Source: Pseudomonadota bacterium (lineage in GTDB: Bacteria > Pseudomonadota > Gammaproteobacteria > JAKAQQ01). From it: a stretch of 11,975 nucleotides of DNA. The notes beneath the pieces are model-generated. The model searched no databases. It was not told the DNA's origin and saw only the letters and a list, made by a program, of their open reading frames with translations. Below, piece by piece: positions 6,692-11,975 of the stretch (positions within the stretch are counted from its first letter, which is position 1; each line of letters begins with the position of its first letter). The DNA lies in assembly GCA_027320085.1 (NCBI GenBank), contig DAHVLZ010000027.1:1-11975 (forward strand), read 5' to 3'. A program made the position numbers and the translations under genes.

Positions 6692-9600
6692 TCAACGTCC
6701 TTCCGGCGACCGGAGCGTCACCAATGCCCGGTGGCCGCTGCCGACCCGATCGATCAGCTCGTTGAAGGGGTCGATTCCAGCCTGATACGGCTTGCCGCGC
6801 ACAATCACGGAAATGGTGCTGTCGCCAGCCTTGACGGGATACGGGGCCAGGTACAACGGCTTCTCGTCCTGCTCTTTGCCGTCCCTGGCCTTCGCGAACA
6901 CACCAATCTCGATCGGGATATTGAGCGGGACGCGAGTCTCCTGGCCCATGCCATTGGCATCGTATTCCGCGGCGTAAACGTGCAGGGTCACATCGTAGTT
7001 GCCATCGGCGAGTTTCCGCGCCGACGCCGATTCCATCCGGTCGTCGAACAGGGTGATCCGGTCAAAGAAGTCGGTGATGAGATCCTGGTACTTCGGCCCC
7101 GCCTCCGCCCGCAAGTCGGCGATCAGGTCGTGGGAATCCGTATAGGGTGGCTTTTGGAACCGAACCTGGCCCAACCACGTGCGCAACGCCGCATCGACCT
7201 TGTCTTCGCCGATGTAATCCTGCAGCGCGTACAGGATCACCGCGCCCTTGTCGTAATCGATGTAGCCCTGGTTTTCGTAGACGCGCGCCAGCGGCTCCTC
7301 CTTGTTGCGCTCGCGGGCACGGCCGGCCAGGTATTCGTCCAGCTGGTACTTCAAGAACTTGCGCATGGCCAAAGGTCCGTACAGGTGCTTCATCACCATC
7401 ATGGCCGAATATTGCGCAAGCGACTCGCTCAGCAGGGTCGCGCCCCGCACATCCGCGCCGATCGCCTGGTGCGCCCACCATTCATGGGACGTCTCGTGCG
7501 CCGTCACATACGTGATGTAGTCGATATCGGATGGTTTGCGCAAATCCTCCAGCATGAAGCGGTGCGAGTACGGAATGGTACCGGGAAAGGTCTGGGCGTA
7601 GCTCTTGTATCCCGGAAACTCGACGACCCGGAGCTGCCGGAACTGGTAGGGGCCGAAGTGCGTCGTGTCGTACGCGAGCGCGTCCTTCATGGACGCGAGC
7701 GCGCGCGCGACGCCATAGGGGTGACGGCCGGCATAATAGACTTCCAGCGCGACGTGGTGCCAGTGCTCGCGCGCGATCCGGTAGCGCGCCGACTGGAACG
7801 AGAAGAAATCCAGGGTCGGCGCACCCAGCACGTAGCGGAAATAGCGGCGGTTCCCCTGCACCCACTCCTTCTGCAGATGGCCCGAGGCAACGGCCGTCTG
7901 GTCCGCACTCGTCGAGAGCGTGGCTGCGAAATGCACCCAATCGCTGTCGCAGGAGATGTAGGTATTGGCACGGGCCGCCCGATCGGAGCGTTTCGGCATC
8001 AGCTGCACGGGGCCCAGACCGTACCGGCGCCTTTGATTGTTGCTGGTGAGCTGGAGGCTGGCATCGTAGCAGAAATGCGGGAACAGCCAATTGCCGAAGA
8101 AGGTGCCGTTGGGCACGATCTGCTCGCCCACCGGACCATTGGCGAAGCCCGGGTAGGCGATCCGCTCGTGGAATTGGAAGGTCATCGACGTGCCGGGGGC
8201 CATCGGGCGGGCCAGCCGGTACAGGTAAAAGCCCTGTCTCGCGTTCGCGATCTCGGCGGTGTGCGCCGGGAATTCCAGGGCGACCGTGAACTCCCGCGTA
8301 TCGGGAACCGGCAGCTGCACCAATAATTCGCCGATGGGGTGGGCGTGCTTGTTGACGAGGGTGTAGCGTCCGTGGATATCGACGCGACGCTGCGCAGGGA
8401 ACATCGCAATGTTCATCTTGACATCGGTGATCCGCGGCTGGGCCAGGCCCAGGTACTTCCGGTAGTCCTTCTCGTAGTCCGCGGCCAGGCGCAGCCTTTC
8501 GTCGTGGCCCTGATAGCGATACAGGCCGTGGGTATTGTGGAAGATGAACCCCCCGATGAGCGCGAATCCCGCCAGCGCCACGGCCAGCAGCACACGCGAC
8601 GGTGCACGGAATCGCTGCGCCGCAATCCGTCGGCGCTCGCGCCAGCCACCGGGATTCCCGCGCATCCAGAACAGCGCCGCCAGCACCAGCAGCGCGACGC
8701 CCAGGCAGTACCAGTAGGCGCGAAACCACAGGTTCCCGATCCAGAACGGGCCGAACCCGTCCATGTCCGAATAGGGCGCCGCCGGCGCGGTGCCCGGCAG
8801 ATACAGGTGATCCGCGAGGTGCAATTGCGCGAGCGCGATCATGCCAACCATGTAAACCACGGTCAGCGCGTACCCGGCGAACTTGTTGCCGGCCATCGTC
8901 TGCAGCACCACCGCGAGGATGGCAAACCACATGAACCCCAGCAGGCTCAACCCCAGGAATTGCAGATACAGCAGGGGCTCGAGGTGGTGGAAGCCGTGCA
9001 CCAGCTGGTAGCCCATGCCATCCAGCGCGCCCGCCAGCAGGAAGGCCACGGTCACGACGGCCAGTGTCGCAACCTTCGACATCAACGGAAGCCAGTCGGG
9101 CGATGGAAAGGCATCCATCACTTCGTTCACCCGCACGCTGCGCTCGCGCCACACCAGCTCGCCGGCGTAAAAACCCAATATGATCCACAGCAACCACTGG
9201 TAGCTGCGCTGGATGGCCTGCGCCACCAGGTGGGTGACCGGGTATACGGGGGTGCCGAACATCTGTCCGGTGAACATGAGGGAACCCGTGAGATTGAGCA
9301 GGCCGAAGGCGAGCATCACCAGGAAGGCCGTGCTGCCGAGCACACCCGCCGTATCGAACCAGACGAGCCTCCCGAACTGGACCCACCGGGCCGAAAATCC
9401 GGACCGCAGGCCCGCGCGCGGCAGGATCAGCGGCGCCGCTTCGGGCGTGGCCGCCCTTTCGCCCGCTGCCGTCCGCCGGCGGAACCAGCGCAGGCCCTGC
9501 CGATCCGGCCTGAAGAGCGCCACACTCGCCCCCAACAAGGCGACGCCCAGGGCCAGCCACAAGAGACGGTTCCCCATCAGCAAGCCCGTCAGCTTCGGAA

Positions 9601-10300
9601 TGCGGCTGTTCTGGTCGGCTGCCGTCCAGTACCGCGTCGCCAGATGCAGTGCCCCGAGCCCAAACGGATCGGCGAGCGCGGCGGCCGTCTGGTGCGCGAT
9701 GTTCCCCGGTCCAAGCGCAAGGCTGGCCAGGGCCCAGAGCACGAAGAAGCCGACGACCCCGACATAAGTGGCGAGCATCGAGCGAGTCAATGTCGCAAGC
9801 AACATCAGCAGCGCGCCGAGAAAGAACAGGTTCGGCAGCACAATCACGCCGAGCGCCCAGGCATACGCCGCCCACGGCGTTGGACCCAGGCGGGCCGCAT
9901 CCAGCCACGGCATCATCGATCCCGACCACAGGCCGATCGCCACGGCGAGCAGCACCCCCACGCTGGCCAGCCAGCCCGCGGCGAAGCGGCCGCCGAGATA
10001 GGCACGGCGCGTGATCGGGGTGGCGAACACCATTTCCGCGGTGTTTGCACCGAAGTCCCGAAGCGCACCGCCCGCGACAAAGATCGGGATGAGGAACAGG
10101 CCGATGATGGAGAACAGGCCCAACGTGTTGATCACGACAAACGGGGCATTTCGATGGATGTTGCCGATGTCACCACCGATCCGTACGGTATTCGAGGCCG
10201 TTGCCGCGAACGCCAGCGCCGCAAACACGAATGCGATCATCCAGAACAGCGGGCTGCGGAGCTGCTGGCGGAGCTCGAACCGGGAGATCTCGCGGAACAT
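6692..10300 (-). CDS. ABC-2-type transporter permease (two membrane domains) fused to a C-terminal M1-family zinc metallopeptidase domain (1202 aa)
   Basis: MFREISRFELRQQLRSP start, RDF...ATPITR..YL.GRF and a second GELVWRER repeat with many TM segments in the first ~590 aa. Soluble C-terminal domain with HETSH (7498-7484), third-ligand E in LSESLAQY (7426-7424) and Y-KG Tyr motif (YDKG). Confidence 0.9.
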   Translation of the reverse strand: MFREISRFELRQQLRSPLFWMIAFVFAALAFAATASNTVRIGGDIGNIHRNAPFVVINTLGLFSIIGLFLIPIFVAGGALRDFGANTAEMVFATPITRRAYLGGRFAAGWLASVGVLLAVAIGLWSGSMMPWLDAARLGPTPWAAYAWALGVIVLPNLFFLGALLMLLATLTRSMLATYVGVVGFFVLWALASLALGPGNIAHQTAAALADPFGLGALHLATRYWTAADQNSRIPKLTGLLMGNRLLWLALGVALLGASVALFRPDRQGLRWFRRRTAAGERAATPEAAPLILPRAGLRSGFSARWVQFGRLVWFDTAGVLGSTAFLVMLAFGLLNLTGSLMFTGQMFGTPVYPVTHLVAQAIQRSYQWLLWIILGFYAGELVWRERSVRVNEVMDAFPSPDWLPLMSKVATLAVVTVAFLLAGALDGMGYQLVHGFHHLEPLLYLQFLGLSLLGFMWFAILAVVLQTMAGNKFAGYALTVVYMVGMIALAQLHLADHLYLPGTAPAAPYSDMDGFGPFWIGNLWFRAYWYCLGVALLVLAALFWMRGNPGGWRERRRIAAQRFRAPSRVLLAVALAGFALIGGFIFHNTHGLYRYQGHDERLRLAADYEKDYRKYLGLAQPRITDVKMNIAMFPAQRRVDIHGRYTLVNKHAHPIGELLVQLPVPDTREFTVALEFPAHTAEIANARQGFYLYRLARPMAPGTSMTFQFHERIAYPGFANGPVGEQIVPNGTFFGNWLFPHFCYDASLQLTSNNQRRRYGLGPVQLMPKRSDRAARANTYISCDSDWVHFAATLSTSADQTAVASGHLQKEWVQGNRRYFRYVLGAPTLDFFSFQSARYRIAREHWHHVALEVYYAGRHPYGVARALASMKDALAYDTTHFGPYQFRQLRVVEFPGYKSYAQTFPGTIPYSHRFMLEDLRKPSDIDYITYVTAHETSHEWWAHQAIGADVRGATLLSESLAQYSAMMVMKHLYGPLAMRKFLKYQLDEYLAGRARERNKEEPLARVYENQGYIDYDKGAVILYALQDYIGEDKVDAALRTWLGQVRFQKPPYTDSHDLIADLRAEAGPKYQDLITDFFDRITLFDDRMESASARKLADGNYDVTLHVYAAEYDANGMGQETRVPLNIPIEIGVFAKARDGKEQDEKPLYLAPYPVKAGDSTISVIVRGKPYQAGIDPFNELIDRVGSGHRALVTLRSPEGR

Positions 10301-11184
10301 CAGGCCGCCTTCGGGCCCGCAACCTGCAGCAATTGCCCGAAGTAGACGTCCTCAAGATCGGGCGGAATGGGTTCGAATCCCTCTTCCGGGCACCCGTCGG
10401 CCAGTACGTGGATGAGCGTCGAGCCGCCGGCCAGGCGGGTGGACAGGACAGCCATGTGGGCGCGGTAATCCGCCAGCGCATCCTTGTCGATCACGCGCCG
10501 CCAGACCCGCCCGGCGAGCGCACGGATCGCCTCGCGAGGCTCCCCCGTCAGACGCACGCGCCCTTCGGCGATGATCGCCATCCGCGGGCACAGTTCGCTC
10601 ACATCCTCCACGATATGGGTTGACAGGATCACCACCACCCGCTCGCCGATCTCCGCCAGCAGATTGAGGAAGCGCTGGCGCTCCTCGGGATCCAGTCCCG
10701 CCGTTGGCTCATCGACGATCACGAGCTTCGGATCGCCGATCAGCGCCTGGGCGATGCCGAAGCGCTGGCGCATACCACCCGAAAACCCGCCCAGCTTGCG
10801 CTTGCGGACCTCGTAGAGGTTCACCTGATGCAGCAGCGCGCCGACGAGTTCGCGTCGTTCCCCGCGGCGAGTCACGCCCTTCAGCACGGCGAGATGGTCC
10901 AGCATCGCTTCGGCGCTGACCTTCGCATACACCCCGAACTCCTGCGGGAGGTAACCCAATACGCGCCGGGTCGCCATCTTGTCGGCCAGCACATCAAGAT
11001 CGCCCAACGTGATGCTGCCGGCGTCGGGCTCCTGCAAAGTCGCGATCGTGCGCATCAGCGTGGACTTGCCGGCACCATTCGGTCCCAGCAGTCCGAACAT
11101 TCCGTTGGGAATGTCCAGCGAGACGTCACTCAGCGCACAAACCCCATTGGAATAGGTCTTGCAGAGATTTCTGATCGCAAGCAT
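10300..11184 (-). CDS. ABC transporter ATP-binding protein (DrrA/CcmA-like subfamily)
   Basis: Walker A GPNGAGKS, Q-loop YLPQ, signature FSGGMRQR, Walker B VIVDEP, H-loop STH. SD GGGAG. TGATG stop/start overlap at 10302-10298 with the permease gene. Confidence 0.95.
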   Translation of the reverse strand: MLAIRNLCKTYSNGVCALSDVSLDIPNGMFGLLGPNGAGKSTLMRTIATLQEPDAGSITLGDLDVLADKMATRRVLGYLPQEFGVYAKVSAEAMLDHLAVLKGVTRRGERRELVGALLHQVNLYEVRKRKLGGFSGGMRQRFGIAQALIGDPKLVIVDEPTAGLDPEERQRFLNLLAEIGERVVVILSTHIVEDVSELCPRMAIIAEGRVRLTGEPREAIRALAGRVWRRVIDKDALADYRAHMAVLSTRLAGGSTLIHVLADGCPEEGFEPIPPDLEDVYFGQLLQVAGPKAA

Positions 11185-11297
11185 CGGTCCACTCCCGCCG
11201 GCGTTCAGTGAAAACCGCTACCGGCACAGCCCTCCGGCTGGGTCGTGCCCGGGAATTGACAGAAATGGATGGATGGTCTCCAGACGGGCTGAGTGTT

Positions 11298-11321
11298 GCA
11301 CTGCTCATGCGGCGCTGTCAA
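11298..11321 (-). promoter_or_regulatory. Possible promoter -35 region for the ABC operon
   Basis: Perfect TTGACA on the minus strand (11321-11316). The matching -10 is weak (TG-c-AACACT at an 18-bp spacing, 11297-11292). Confidence 0.3.
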
Positions 11322-11347
11322 GCTTGCGGATTGACGCATTGCAAATG

Positions 11348-11367
11348 TCGGCGAATTCCCTCGCCGA
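11348..11367 (-). terminator. Possible terminator hairpin downstream of the carboxylesterase gene
   Basis: Perfect 7-bp GC-rich stem TCGGCGA-N6-TCGCCGA, followed on the minus strand only by a short CATTTG. The U-tract is poor. Confidence 0.35.
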
Positions 11368-11435
11368 TGGCATCCGGAGGGGCCCGCCCGGAGGCCCGCG
11401 ACGAGCGCGCGCAAGACGGGGGATGGACGGATCCC

Positions 11436-11975
11436 TCAGGGGCTCCCGGAACCCGCGGGCGCGGTCTCCATGGACAGGCGCGAGACCAGCCAGGCTCTCA
11501 ACTCCATCATCTCTTCTGGCGAGACCTCGTGCGCCATGGGATAGACCTGCCAGCGGACCTCATGACCCGCCGCGATCAGCCACTCCCGGGTCTGCACCCC
11601 GAGGGACAGGGGCACGATCGGATCCTCCGAGCCATGCGCGAGGAAGATGGACTGGGCCCGGCCGGGCCGACCGGCGGGTGGGGCCGGGTGGAATGTGGAC
11701 AGTCCGATCAGTCCGCCCAGTCGCGTCCGGGCCGACCGGCTCCAGGCCAGCGCCACGGCCCCTCCCTGCGAAAAGCCCCCCACCAGGATGTTCTGCCGGC
11801 CGATGCCCTGATTCTCCTCGGCCTGGACCCAGGCTTCGAGCGATCGGCAGCTCGTCTCGAGTCCCCTCCGGTCCAGCTCCATGCCGGAGGCGACTGCGTC
11901 GAGATCGAACCAGGCCCGGGTGGGCCGGAGACCGTTCAGGCGGACCGGACGGATGGGTGCATGGGGCAGGATCCA
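11436..11975 (-). CDS. Alpha/beta hydrolase, phospholipase/carboxylesterase family (5'-partial, runs off the window)
   Basis: The frame is open to the window edge: WILPHAPIRPVRLNG...RAWFD; nucleophile elbow GFSQGG; LST; HGSEDPIVP (Asp); YPMAHEV (His). Confidence 0.92.
   Translation of the reverse strand, partial: WILPHAPIRPVRLNGLRPTRAWFDLDAVASGMELDRRGLETSCRSLEAWVQAEENQGIGRQNILVGGFSQGGAVALAWSRSARTRLGGLIGLSTFHPAPPAGRPGRAQSIFLAHGSEDPIVPLSLGVQTREWLIAAGHEVRWQVYPMAHEVSPEEMMELRAWLVSRLSMETAPAGSGSP

Noticed and set aside
7482-9929. 815-aa same-strand alternative-frame ORF within the permease-peptidase gene
   Set aside because: Ala/Arg/Gly/Pro-rich with no motifs; stop-poor alternative frames are expected at this GC content.
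6632-10345. Long plus-strand ORFs 6632-8326 and 8339-10345
   Set aside because: Antisense shadows of the 1202-aa gene; no domain signatures.
11266-11276. GGATGGATGG near TTGAC, also present at 10-19 in the btuB promoter spacer
   Set aside because: Low-complexity 10-mer with different spacing from TTGAC and opposite orientation relative to the downstream genes; likely chance.
1-11975. CRISPR array, tRNA/rRNA, IS or integrase, attC sites
   Set aside because: No regularly spaced repeats, cloverleaf motifs, transposase or recombinase ORFs, or attC core sites were seen.

Overview
High-GC proteobacterial-type window. 1-4600 is a compact cobalamin uptake/salvage locus: a sigma70 promoter and cobalamin riboswitch drive btuB (TonB-dependent receptor) and a PduO-type adenosyltransferase on +, converging on and overlapping an ampE/CbiB-like membrane protein gene and btuF on -. 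No btuC/btuD is present in the window. 4640-11400 looks accessory: a 5'-truncated SRPBCC remnant, an O-methyltransferase plus monoheme cytochrome c pair, and an ABC ATPase coupled to a 1202-aa double ABC-2 permease fused to an M1-type zinc peptidase. A carboxylesterase gene is cut by the right edge. The most interesting signals are: (1) a BtuF that appears to lack both BtuC-docking glutamates and is co-transcribed with an AmpE/CbiB-fold membrane protein; (2) the transporter-peptidase fusion; (3) a 134-bp convergent pduO/btuF overlap. All family calls rest on motifs recognised by eye; no database searches were run.
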